Below are positions 26,818 to 35,273 of a stretch of DNA of 64,000 nucleotides, in pieces (the stretch's first letter is position 1; the number at the start of each line of letters is the position of its first letter). The DNA is taken from positions 2,610-66,609 of the forward strand of contig DAHWNZ010000007.1 of assembly GCA_027339635.1 (NCBI GenBank), given 5' to 3'. The notes under the pieces are model-generated. The model saw only the letters and a program-made list of their open reading frames with translations. It searched no databases and had not been told where the DNA came from. The stretch is from Candidatus Dormiibacterota bacterium. GTDB taxonomy: Bacteria; Chloroflexota; Dormibacteria; Aeolococcales; Bog-877. The position numbers were made by a program, and so were the translations under genes.

Positions 26818-28143
26818 TCAGCCGAATAGCTGTGGCTTGGAATGCTGCTCGGTCTTGGACATCAGGAGCAGGCCGAATAGTCCCACGACCGCGATGACGG
26901 CGAGAATCTCAAACGATCCCGCGAGGTTGCGGTAGGAACTGAGCGCCAGCAGGCCGATGACCAAAGGGCCGATGGCCTGACCCCCGGTGGAGCCGAGGCC
27001 CCACACGAAGGCATTGGCGGTGGTGGACCCGCCCTTGGGAACGTAGTCGGCCACGAGCGACATGAGCAGCGGGAAGCCGCTGAAGTTGAACACCCCGAAG
27101 GCGCCCAGGAGCACCAGCCCCAGGGCACCTCCCGTGTGCAGGTAGCCGAAGGTGGTCGCGGCCGCCCCCAAAGTCGCCACTGCCAGCATGAGGCGCTTGT
27201 CAACACGATCAGCGAGCAGCCCGAACACCGGCTGCCCGACGATTCCCCCCGCGTACAGCAAGGTCACCATCAGGCCCAGCTCGGTCGAGAGCCCGAGGCT
27301 CCTCTCCCTGGTGAAGTAGGTGGGCAGCCATGCCACCATGCCCGTGAAGGCGACCGATCGCAGCAGCGACACCACAGTCAAGATCGTCACATTCCTGTCG
27401 AGCCACCCGCCCTTGGCCGCTGAGGGCCGCTGGGCCCGACGCGGCGACCGCGGGGCGGCATCCGTGCGAGCCATCCAGAGCAGGGCCGCCGCTCCGGTTG
27501 CGATCACCGCGAAGACCACCAAGGCTGAGGCCTGGGAGGCCAGGAGGCCGGTCACTGAGAAGAAGATCGTGGGATACAGAGCCCTCCCCAGGCTCCCCAG
27601 GGCGCCGTTGGCGCCCAGAGCTCGGGCGCGGTTCGCGGGTGCGAAGGCATCCGTGATCAGGGTTGCGCCCAGCGGGTGGTAGGTCGAGCTGCCGACACCG
27701 GCGACGAGCGCCGCCATCAGGGCCAGGGCGACCCGGAGCGCCGCCCCGTCGACCTTCGCCGCCGCGAAGAACAGCGTCAGCCCCGCGGCCAGCCCCAGGA
27801 TTCCCAAAGCCATCTTGGCGCCCCGACTTCCCGCCCGGTCGGCGAGCCGTCCCACCGCGATTCCGGCCAAGGCTGAGCTCAAATAGAAGACGGTCAGCAT
27901 CACCGTGACTTCGGTGGCGGACAGGTGGCCGCGGCTGGCCAACCGGTCGGCCATGACCGGGATGAAGAAGACGGTCCCGTCGTTGACGAAGTGAGCCAGG
28001 GAGGTGGTGCCCAGGACCGCCCAGCGACCCTCCCGGGAAGGAGCCCCTGCATCCGAGGGGCCGGGTTCGCCCGAGCCCGGAGTCGGCCCCTCGAATACGA
28101 AAGCAGTCGCCGTCTGCACTGGTTCCACTGGTCGCTCGGTCAC
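26818..28143 (-). CDS. MFS transporter
   Basis: 441 aa, about 12 TM helices. MFS loop motifs GRLADRAGSRG and LLADRVDKR. GTG start with GGAG upstream. Confidence 0.85.
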   Translation of the reverse strand: MTERPVEPVQTATAFVFEGPTPGSGEPGPSDAGAPSREGRWAVLGTTSLAHFVNDGTVFFIPVMADRLASRGHLSATEVTVMLTVFYLSSALAGIAVGRLADRAGSRGAKMALGILGLAAGLTLFFAAAKVDGAALRVALALMAALVAGVGSSTYHPLGATLITDAFAPANRARALGANGALGSLGRALYPTIFFSVTGLLASQASALVVFAVIATGAAALLWMARTDAAPRSPRRAQRPSAAKGGWLDRNVTILTVVSLLRSVAFTGMVAWLPTYFTRERSLGLSTELGLMVTLLYAGGIVGQPVFGLLADRVDKRLMLAVATLGAAATTFGYLHTGGALGLVLLGAFGVFNFSGFPLLMSLVADYVPKGGSTTANAFVWGLGSTGGQAIGPLVIGLLALSSYRNLAGSFEILAVIAVVGLFGLLLMSKTEQHSKPQLFG

Positions 28144-28482
28144 TTCAGCTCCTTGGGCGGGCGCCCTTCCGGGCTCGGTGTAGTTGTCACTACAATATAG
28201 CTCTCCACCTCAATCGCGGTGCAAACAGCCCGGCCCGCGGCGACACGCCCCGAGGTTGCCAGCGTGACTTCTGATCTAGGGCCCGGCTTCGAGGGCCGTG
28301 AGTCCAAGCCGGGCATCTCAAGGCGATAAGCTGGATTCCATAGTTGGGGCTCCGAGGATTGTGAGGAGGTGGGCGGCACCGCAGATGGCCTGCACAATTG
28401 CTGTCAAGGTGGCACCCCAGTTCGGTGGGGAGACCTCGGAAGCTCAACCGTTCGGCCCGATCCATCCATAGGAGAAGCGACC

Positions 28483-29409
28483 TTGTCACTGAACAGCGCG
28501 GCCCGGGCGGCGATCCTCGTGACCGCCAACAACGGAGCCACCGAACGTTTCATGAGTCGGTACGGGATGCGCCTGGGAGCCTCCCGGTTCGTCGCCGGGG
28601 AGACCATGGACGAGTGCATCAGGATCATCCAGGACCTGAACCAGCAGGGGTTCAAGTGCAACGCCACCGAACTCGGCGAGGCGGTTGACAACGAGACGGA
28701 CGCCGCCCGCGCGGTGGAGGACTACGAGGCTCTGCTGAGGCGGATGGCGGCCGAGAAGCTGAACGCCAATGTCGCGATCAAGCCAACCCTGATGGGGCTC
28801 GCCATCGACGAGGATCTGGCCGAACGCAACATGTCCCATCTGCTCGAGGTCGCGCGCGAGCTGGGGATGTTCATGCGCATGGACATGGAGGAGTCGGCCC
28901 GGGTCGAACCCACGTTGAGGATGTACCGCAGGCTGAGGGAGCGGGGATTCGGCAACGTCGGGGCGGTGCTGCAGTCGTACCTCTACCGGTCGGCCGCCGA
29001 CCTCGACTCCCTGCTGCCCCTGGCACCCAATCTGCGCCTGGTCAAGGGTGCCTACCTGGAGAGCGCCGAGGTCGCGTATCCGAGCAAGGTCGACGTCGAC
29101 CGCAACTACGTGCGGCTCATGGAGGCGGCCCTGCTGGGCGACGGCTACACCGCCATCGCCACCCACGACGAGCGCATGATCGAGCACGCCATCGGCTTCA
29201 TTCGGCGTCACGGGATCGGCCGCGACCGCTTCGAGTTCCAGATGCTCTATGGCGTTAGGCCGCAGCTGCAGAGGTCCCTGCTGGCCAGAGGCTTCACCGT
29301 GCTGGTGGCCACGTCGTACGGGACCCATTGGTACCCGTTCTTCATGCGCCGGTTGGCCGAGCGGCCGGCGAACCTGCTCTTCCTCGCCCGCAACATGGTC
29401 CGCCGCTGA
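28483..29409 (+). CDS. proline dehydrogenase (monofunctional)
   Basis: TTG 28483 lies 8 nt after AGGAG. FVAGE, IKPTLMGL, LVKGAYLE, IATHDERMI, FEFQMLYGV and the C-terminal RRLAERPANL are PRODH family motifs. Confidence 0.9.
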   Translation: MSLNSAARAAILVTANNGATERFMSRYGMRLGASRFVAGETMDECIRIIQDLNQQGFKCNATELGEAVDNETDAARAVEDYEALLRRMAAEKLNANVAIKPTLMGLAIDEDLAERNMSHLLEVARELGMFMRMDMEESARVEPTLRMYRRLRERGFGNVGAVLQSYLYRSAADLDSLLPLAPNLRLVKGAYLESAEVAYPSKVDVDRNYVRLMEAALLGDGYTAIATHDERMIEHAIGFIRRHGIGRDRFEFQMLYGVRPQLQRSLLARGFTVLVATSYGTHWYPFFMRRLAERPANLLFLARNMVRR

Positions 29410-29468
29410 GCGCCGGCGGTGCCCCCGAAATCGTCCGCAACAAGCCAAATCATCAGGAGCCCAACCAA

Positions 29469-31019
29469 ATGATCATCCCGCCCTTCTCCAGTGAGCCATC
29501 CTTGGATTTCTCCCAGGATGCGAATCGCCGCGACTTCGAGGCGGCGCTCGCGCGCGTGAAGGGGATGCTGGGGCGCCGATATCCCCTTCTCATCAACGGC
29601 AGGGAGGTGGACTCACAGGCGGCCCTGGAGTCCTACAACCCCGCGCGGCCGGATCAGGTCGTGGGCAGCCACGCGGTGGCGGAAGGGGCTCACGTGGAGC
29701 AGGCGGTGGAGTCCGGTTGGAGGGCATTCGAGTCTTGGTCCAGGACTCCCATCGAGGAGCGCGCCCTGCTGCTTCTCCGGGCGGCTCAGGTGGTGCGGCG
29801 CAGGAGGCACGAGCTGGGCGCTCTCATGGTTTACGAAGTGGGCAAGCCGTGGGACGAGGCGGACGGCGAGGCAGCCGAGGCGGTGGACCTGATGGAGTGG
29901 TATGCCCGCCAGGCGCTGGCGCTGACCACCCGGGACCAGATGGCGCCGTGGCCGGGGGAGGCGACCCTGTTCCGCTATCTCCCGCTGGGAGTGGGCGCGG
30001 TGATCTCACCATGGAACTTCCCCCTGGCTCTGACCACGGGCATGACCACGGCAGCGCTGGTGTCGGGCAACTGCGTCATCCTCAAGCCGGCGGAGACGGC
30101 GAGCACAACAGCCTGGTGGCTGGCTGAGGTGCTTCGCGAGGCCGGGCTGCCGGATGGCGTTTTGAACCTACTGACCGGTTTTGGCGAGGTGGTGGGCGAG
30201 GCGCTGGTCGACCACCCCAAGATCAGGTTTGTGGCTTTCACCGGTTCCAAGGAGGTCGGGATAAGGATCTACGAGCGGGCGTCGAAGGTGCATCCCGGAC
30301 AGCGCTGGCTGAAGCGGGTCCAGCTTGAGATGGGGGGCAAGAATGCGGTTGTGGTGGACGAGACCGCCGACCTTGACCTGGCCGCGCTGGATATAACCCG
30401 CAGCGCGTTCGGCTTCCAGGGGCAGAAGTGCTCCGCCGGGTCTCGGGCGGTTGTCGTCTCCTCCGTCTACGACGAGCTGGCTCCCAAGATTCTGGAGATG
30501 GCCGGACGTCTCCGCATGGGAGACCCGGTGGATCCTGGGGTCGCGGTCGGGCCCGTGATTGACGGGGATGCGGAAGAGAAGATCCTCGACTATCTGCAGA
30601 TCGGCCGAGGTGAGGGAGAGCTGCTTCTGGGAGGTGGCAAGGGGCAGGGCGCCGGCCACTTCATCGAGCCGACCATCTTCGGTGGCGTCAGCGAGACCGC
30701 CAGGATCGCGACCGAGGAGATCTTCGGGCCGGTGCTCGCGCTCGTCAGGGCTCGGGACTTCGAGGACGGCATCCGCATCGCCAACAACACCGAGTATGGG
30801 CTCACCGGCTCGTACTTCAGCCGTGACCCAGAGCGGATCGCCCTGGCCAAGGAGCGGATGCATGTGGGCAACCTGTACATCAACCGCCGCTCGACCGGGG
30901 CGCAGATGGGTGTGCATCCGTTCGGGGGATTCAACATGAGCGGCACCGACACCAAGGCCGGCGGCCCAGACTACCTGCTCTTCTTCCTCCAGGGACAGAG
31001 TGTGGCCGAGCGGCTCTGA
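29469..31019 (+). CDS. pruA: L-glutamate gamma-semialdehyde (1-pyrroline-5-carboxylate) dehydrogenase
   Basis: Aldehyde dehydrogenase superfamily: FTGSKEVG, LEMGGKNA, catalytic Cys in FGFQGQKCSAGSR, EEIFGPVL. The N-terminus (PFSSEPSLDFS...) is typical of P5CDH. Confidence 0.9.
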   Translation: MIIPPFSSEPSLDFSQDANRRDFEAALARVKGMLGRRYPLLINGREVDSQAALESYNPARPDQVVGSHAVAEGAHVEQAVESGWRAFESWSRTPIEERALLLLRAAQVVRRRRHELGALMVYEVGKPWDEADGEAAEAVDLMEWYARQALALTTRDQMAPWPGEATLFRYLPLGVGAVISPWNFPLALTTGMTTAALVSGNCVILKPAETASTTAWWLAEVLREAGLPDGVLNLLTGFGEVVGEALVDHPKIRFVAFTGSKEVGIRIYERASKVHPGQRWLKRVQLEMGGKNAVVVDETADLDLAALDITRSAFGFQGQKCSAGSRAVVVSSVYDELAPKILEMAGRLRMGDPVDPGVAVGPVIDGDAEEKILDYLQIGRGEGELLLGGGKGQGAGHFIEPTIFGGVSETARIATEEIFGPVLALVRARDFEDGIRIANNTEYGLTGSYFSRDPERIALAKERMHVGNLYINRRSTGAQMGVHPFGGFNMSGTDTKAGGPDYLLFFLQGQSVAERL

Positions 31020-32142
31020 GGCCTTGCTGCCGACAGCCCGGGACGTCCTGGCAATAGACCTGCACGCCGGGGGAGAGCCCGGCCGGGTGGTGGTGGGTGG
31101 GGTGCCAGACCTGCCCGGGCGAACCATGTTCGAGAAGATGCGCTACTTCGAGAGCCACCTGGACTCACTGCGTTTGCGCATGCTCCGCGAGCCCCGCGGG
31201 TATCCCGCCGCGAATTGCAATATCATCCTGCCCGCCACCGACCCGAGGGCCGCTGCCGGCTTCATCATCCTGGAGCAGGTCGAGTATCCCCCGATGTCGG
31301 GCAGCAACACCATCTGCGTGGCGACGGCCCTGGTCGAAATGGGGATGGTCGAGGTGAGGGAGCCCGTGACCCGGTTCGTCCTGGAATCTCCCGCGGGACT
31401 GGTGGAGATCGAGGCCGAGGTCGACCGCGGCAGGGCTCGGCAGATCACCTTTCAGAACGTACCCAGCTTCGTCCTGGCTCTGGATGTCGCTGTGGAGGTT
31501 CCCGAGCTGGGCACGGTGCGGGTCGACCTGGCCTACGGGGGGATGATCTACGTGATCGCGGAGGCGGCAGCACTCGGGCTCACATTGGAGCCCGCTATGG
31601 CCAAGGATCTGGCGCGGGTCGGCGAGATGGTCAAGGTGGCGACCCAGGAGCAGATGCCGCAAACGCACCCGGATAACCCAGGACTTGTGGGCCCCACGAT
31701 CGCTTTGCTCTCCGGCCCGCCCAGTGGGCCCCACGCTGACCAGCGCAACGCCGTGGTGGTCTCGACCGGGCAGCTGGATTGGGATCGTCCCGCCACCTGG
31801 ACCGCGGCGATCGACCGCTCACCGTGCGGCACCGGGACATGCGCCAAGATGGCGACTCTGCACGCACGCGGCCTGCTGCCCCTCCATCGCGACTTCCGCC
31901 ACGAGGGAATCCTGGGAACGGTGTTCACCGGGAGGCTCGTAAGTGAGACCATGGTGGGTGGTAGACCAGCCGTGGTTCCCAAGATCAGCGGCCGTGCCTT
32001 CGTCACCGGGCACGCCCGCTACGTTCTCGACCCGGACGATCCTTTTCCAGAGGGGTTCACGGTTGGCGACATCTGGAGTGGTTCAGGATCGCTCGATCAT
32101 GAACTGTCGATCGGCAACCAGCGACCAGGAGTGAACGCATGA
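31000..32142 (+). CDS. proline racemase / 4-hydroxyproline epimerase / 3-hydroxyproline dehydratase family protein (Ser/Cys variant)
   Basis: AIDLHAGGEPGRVVVGG, PMSGSNT (Ser100, codon TCG at 31297-31299) and DRSPCGTGTCAKMA (Cys276, 31825-31827). The start is ambiguous (GTG 31000 or TTG 31024). Confidence 0.85.
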   Translation: MWPSGSEALLPTARDVLAIDLHAGGEPGRVVVGGVPDLPGRTMFEKMRYFESHLDSLRLRMLREPRGYPAANCNIILPATDPRAAAGFIILEQVEYPPMSGSNTICVATALVEMGMVEVREPVTRFVLESPAGLVEIEAEVDRGRARQITFQNVPSFVLALDVAVEVPELGTVRVDLAYGGMIYVIAEAAALGLTLEPAMAKDLARVGEMVKVATQEQMPQTHPDNPGLVGPTIALLSGPPSGPHADQRNAVVVSTGQLDWDRPATWTAAIDRSPCGTGTCAKMATLHARGLLPLHRDFRHEGILGTVFTGRLVSETMVGGRPAVVPKISGRAFVTGHARYVLDPDDPFPEGFTVGDIWSGSGSLDHELSIGNQRPGVNA

Positions 32143-32798
32143 CCAGCAGCGCAGCCCGTGTAGAAGAGCTCTTCCCCCACCACCTTGCCGCGGTCATCCG
32201 CTGGAAGGACGCTGACCAGGCGTATCAGGCGGTGCTCGCCGCCGCCCGAGCGGGTATAGGTTCGGTCGAGATAACATCGGGCACCCCAAGGGCATTTGAG
32301 CTGATCTCCCGGCTTCGACAGGAGGTCGGTTCTGCCTGCTTGGTTGGAGCTGGAACCATCACGGACAGCGATCTAGCCCGGCAAGCGATCCAGAGTGGCG
32401 CTCAGTACCTGGTGACCCCTTACCTGGTTCCCGAGGTCGAGGCCATGACCCATGCTGCAGGCTTGTTCCTGGTCATGGGAGCGACGACACCCAGCGAGAT
32501 AGCTCAGGCCCAGGCCGCGGGAGCGGACCTGGTCAAGGTCTTCCCGGCAGCCCCCATCGGTGGCCCGGCCTACATTCAGGCCGTTCGCGGGCCCATGCCC
32601 GACGTCCCACTTTGGGTGAGCGGCGGGGTCGGGATCGGGGATGTGGCGGCCTACCTCAAGGCGGGCGCTCAGGTGATTGGCCTCACCAATGATCTGTTCC
32701 GGGCCGACCTGCTCACCTCTGGGGGAACGGACCAGATCACCAAGCTGTGCCACGAGGCGCTTCGAGCGGCCGGCGCGCTCGTCCCAGTCCCAGCGTGA
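32139..32798 (+). CDS. KDPG / 4-hydroxy-2-oxoglutarate (KHG) aldolase family protein
   Basis: Eda-family layout: SVEITSGTP, GAGTI, YLVTP, and Schiff-base lysine context DLVKVFPA. ATGA overlap with the upstream stop. Confidence 0.85.
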   Translation: MTSSAARVEELFPHHLAAVIRWKDADQAYQAVLAAARAGIGSVEITSGTPRAFELISRLRQEVGSACLVGAGTITDSDLARQAIQSGAQYLVTPYLVPEVEAMTHAAGLFLVMGATTPSEIAQAQAAGADLVKVFPAAPIGGPAYIQAVRGPMPDVPLWVSGGVGIGDVAAYLKAGAQVIGLTNDLFRADLLTSGGTDQITKLCHEALRAAGALVPVPA

Positions 32799-32803
32799 CC
32801 GAG

Positions 32804-32826
32804 GGCGCTGCCCCTGGGGCAGCGCC
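32804..32826 (+). terminator. GC-rich hairpin directly after the operon (candidate terminator, no U-tract)
   Basis: GGCGCTGCCCC-t-GGGGCAGCGCC, 6 nt after the aldolase stop codon. Confidence 0.4.
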
Positions 32827-33097
32827 GAACCCAGCCGGGGCGTTCATTGGCCGGGGCCGAGCGGGCCGCACTTGGTGGTCTCCATGGGGCCTTCGCCTCG
32901 GTGGGTCTGGGCAGGAGAAGCCAGCCCGGGTCACCAGGGGACCATACGAGCTCGTGGAGTGGGTCTCAGCCCGTTCCGATCCCTGAGCCGCCCGGCCCCG
33001 GCTGGGCTGTTCCGCGCAGTACCGGCGAAGCCGCAACAGGGCTCTTGTCCACCCTGCCCTGTCGACCGGAGCCGCTCCTGGCACGGCGGTCGGAGTC

Positions 33098-34561
33098 TCA
33101 GAGTACCGAGGCGTCCACCTGCTTCGGTTCCAGCAGGTTGCCCTCACGGTCGGCATCGCCGCCGTGGAAGGTGATCGTGCCCGTGGTGCGCCGCTTTGTC
33201 CACCACGCGAAAGCCAGGCCAATGACCAGCAGGATCGCGATCGTCTGATCGATCCCATCCCCGATCGCCCTGGGCCCGTAGATGAAGAAGGCGACGAGCA
33301 GAGCGCCCATCACGATGCTGGAGAAGATGGCGCCAGCCCGCAGCCAGCGGTGGGCGTGCGGGTTCAGGTTCATTTCCGGCATGCGCCTGTGGCCGATGGT
33401 GAGAAAGACGGTCGCCGTGACCGAGTCCAGGAAGAACTCGGCCAGAAGGAAGAACCCCGCGGCCGAGAGGATCAGGTTGAAGAATGAACCCAGCGAGGTC
33501 ACGAAGACCTGGAGAGCCACCACCAGGAGGGCCAACCCGAGGCTGCCGATGATCGCGACGTGGGGCACGTTGCGACGGTTGAGCCGGGAGAAGACAGGGG
33601 GTATGAGCCGCTCTCGGCCCATGGCGTAGAGGGCGCGGGTCAGGATGTAGGTGGTCAGCCACAAGCCCCCGGCGGTGGAGGCCAGGATGGGGATCAGCAT
33701 GATCCAAGGGGCTCCGGGGATCAGCCGGGCCGACCACATTGCCAGCGGATTTGTGGAGTTGGCGAGGAGGTGGAGCGGGGTCTCTCCCAGCATCAAGGGG
33801 TACAGGACGGCGTAGAAGAGAAGGGCGCCGATGGCCCCGATGATGCCGCCGACCCCGGGGTGGGCGCGCGGTCGCATAGACTCCTCGGCGGCGTAGCTGT
33901 CGATTTCCCAACCGTCGAGGATGGTGGCGGCGACCACGGCCACGATCAGGATGCCCCCGATCGGCGGCGGACCGAAATGGATGGGGACGCTGATGCGATG
34001 CCAGTTGAGGACGCCCAGAACCCCGAAGGTCGCCAGGGAGACCATCTCGAGAACGAAGAACGCCTGGGTGATCCGGGCGGTGGGCCGCCCGCCCAGGAGC
34101 AGGGGGACAGCCGCGAAGAGTATCCAGAATAGGGTCACCCCAAGGTGCGCCACGGGCGGCGCCTGGTAGTGGGGGGCGATGAGGGCCAGAGTGTAGCTGC
34201 CAGCCGGGATGGCGATCGGCGGGATCGAGGTGAAGTAGGCGAGGATCAGAATCCAGGCCTGATAACGAGAAACCGACCTCCCGATCACCCGGGCCGACCA
34301 GTGATAGGACGCGCCCGAGTGGGGAAAGTGCTGGTTCAGAAGCCGAAACACGAAGCTGGACACCAGGAACGGCAGGGCCAGGATCGCAATCGCGGGCAGG
34401 GTCCACCACCCCGCGTCGGCGGCCATGACGCCCCCTGTGGCGGCGACTGAGAAGAGCGGGCCGACGCTGGACACGGAGAGCGGGACCAGATCGGTCAGAT
34501 GGAAGAGCTGGGCCAGCTTGCGCTCCTGATGCTGGTCCTGCCCCATCAGAGTTTCAGCCAA
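33098..34561 (-). CDS. APC-superfamily amino acid permease
   Basis: 487 aa, about 12 TM helices. The N-terminal LVPLSVSSVGPLFS pattern is typical of amino acid/polyamine permeases. Confidence 0.85.
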   Translation of the reverse strand: MAETLMGQDQHQERKLAQLFHLTDLVPLSVSSVGPLFSVAATGGVMAADAGWWTLPAIAILALPFLVSSFVFRLLNQHFPHSGASYHWSARVIGRSVSRYQAWILILAYFTSIPPIAIPAGSYTLALIAPHYQAPPVAHLGVTLFWILFAAVPLLLGGRPTARITQAFFVLEMVSLATFGVLGVLNWHRISVPIHFGPPPIGGILIVAVVAATILDGWEIDSYAAEESMRPRAHPGVGGIIGAIGALLFYAVLYPLMLGETPLHLLANSTNPLAMWSARLIPGAPWIMLIPILASTAGGLWLTTYILTRALYAMGRERLIPPVFSRLNRRNVPHVAIIGSLGLALLVVALQVFVTSLGSFFNLILSAAGFFLLAEFFLDSVTATVFLTIGHRRMPEMNLNPHAHRWLRAGAIFSSIVMGALLVAFFIYGPRAIGDGIDQTIAILLVIGLAFAWWTKRRTTGTITFHGGDADREGNLLEPKQVDASVL

Positions 34562-34744
34562 CCCTGGCTCTCCACACTCTCACCCTTCGGTCTTCCCTGA
34601 CGCGCCGCCCACGGGCTAGAGTCTATCCGCCTATTGCCAGTCAGGTGCAATTGGAACGGAATGGCGACAGGCGGCGTTCTGCCGGAGCGCGGCCGCAGGT
34701 TGCCACCCTGGTCCAGGACTTCGACCACTGGCCGCAGTCCTCAG

Positions 34745-34781
34745 TTGCATAGGGGCACGATAAAATAGTGCCTCTATGCAA
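34745..34781. promoter_or_regulatory. candidate MarR operator / promoter (14-bp inverted repeat, 1 mismatch)
   Basis: TTGCATAGGGGCAC-N9-GTGCCTCTATGCAA. The spacer contains TAAAAT (34761-34766). The right arm covers the marR ATG (34776). Confidence 0.5.
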
Positions 34782-35273
34782 TTCTCCGCTCCAATGGACC
34801 GGGGTGACCTCGACACCGCCGAAGCCCTGCTGGGCCTCACCCTGTTCGTGCTGCGAGAGTCCGCTGGACTGCGGGACATCAGCCTCTCGGCGGCGGCCAC
34901 CCTGTCCACCCTTGAGGCCTGCGGGCCCTGCCGTATCAGCTACCTGGCCGAGCGCGAACACACCGCCCAGCCTTCGATGACAGCGCTGATCCGTCGCCTC
35001 GAGCGACGTCATCTGGTGGAGCGCCGGCGAGACCCACGGGATGGCCGCGCCGTGCAGGTCTCCATCACGCAGGCGGGGCGACTGAAGCTCAGGAGTCACC
35101 GAGAGGCCCAGGTGGCCTTCATCTCCGAGCTCGTCCGCCAGATCGAGCCGCCTCAGCAGGAGGCGCTGGCCAAGGTGGCAAGGGCCATCGGAGACCTCGT
35201 CAAAGGGCCGATAGGCCCCGGGGTCCGGGCGGCGGCCGGGGAAGCCGGCCGGCCGCTCTATCCGGGCACATGA
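34776..35273 (+). CDS. MarR family transcriptional regulator
   Basis: Winged-helix region ISYLAEREHTAQPSMTALIRRLERRHLVERRRDPRDGRAVQVSIT. Confidence 0.85.
   Translation: MQFSAPMDRGDLDTAEALLGLTLFVLRESAGLRDISLSAAATLSTLEACGPCRISYLAEREHTAQPSMTALIRRLERRHLVERRRDPRDGRAVQVSITQAGRLKLRSHREAQVAFISELVRQIEPPQQEALAKVARAIGDLVKGPIGPGVRAAAGEAGRPLYPGT

Noticed and set aside
33144-34409. 421-aa minus-strand ORF
   Set aside because: It is on the same strand as the APC permease (33098..34561) but out of frame with it. It is Arg/Pro/Gly-rich and has no TM helices.
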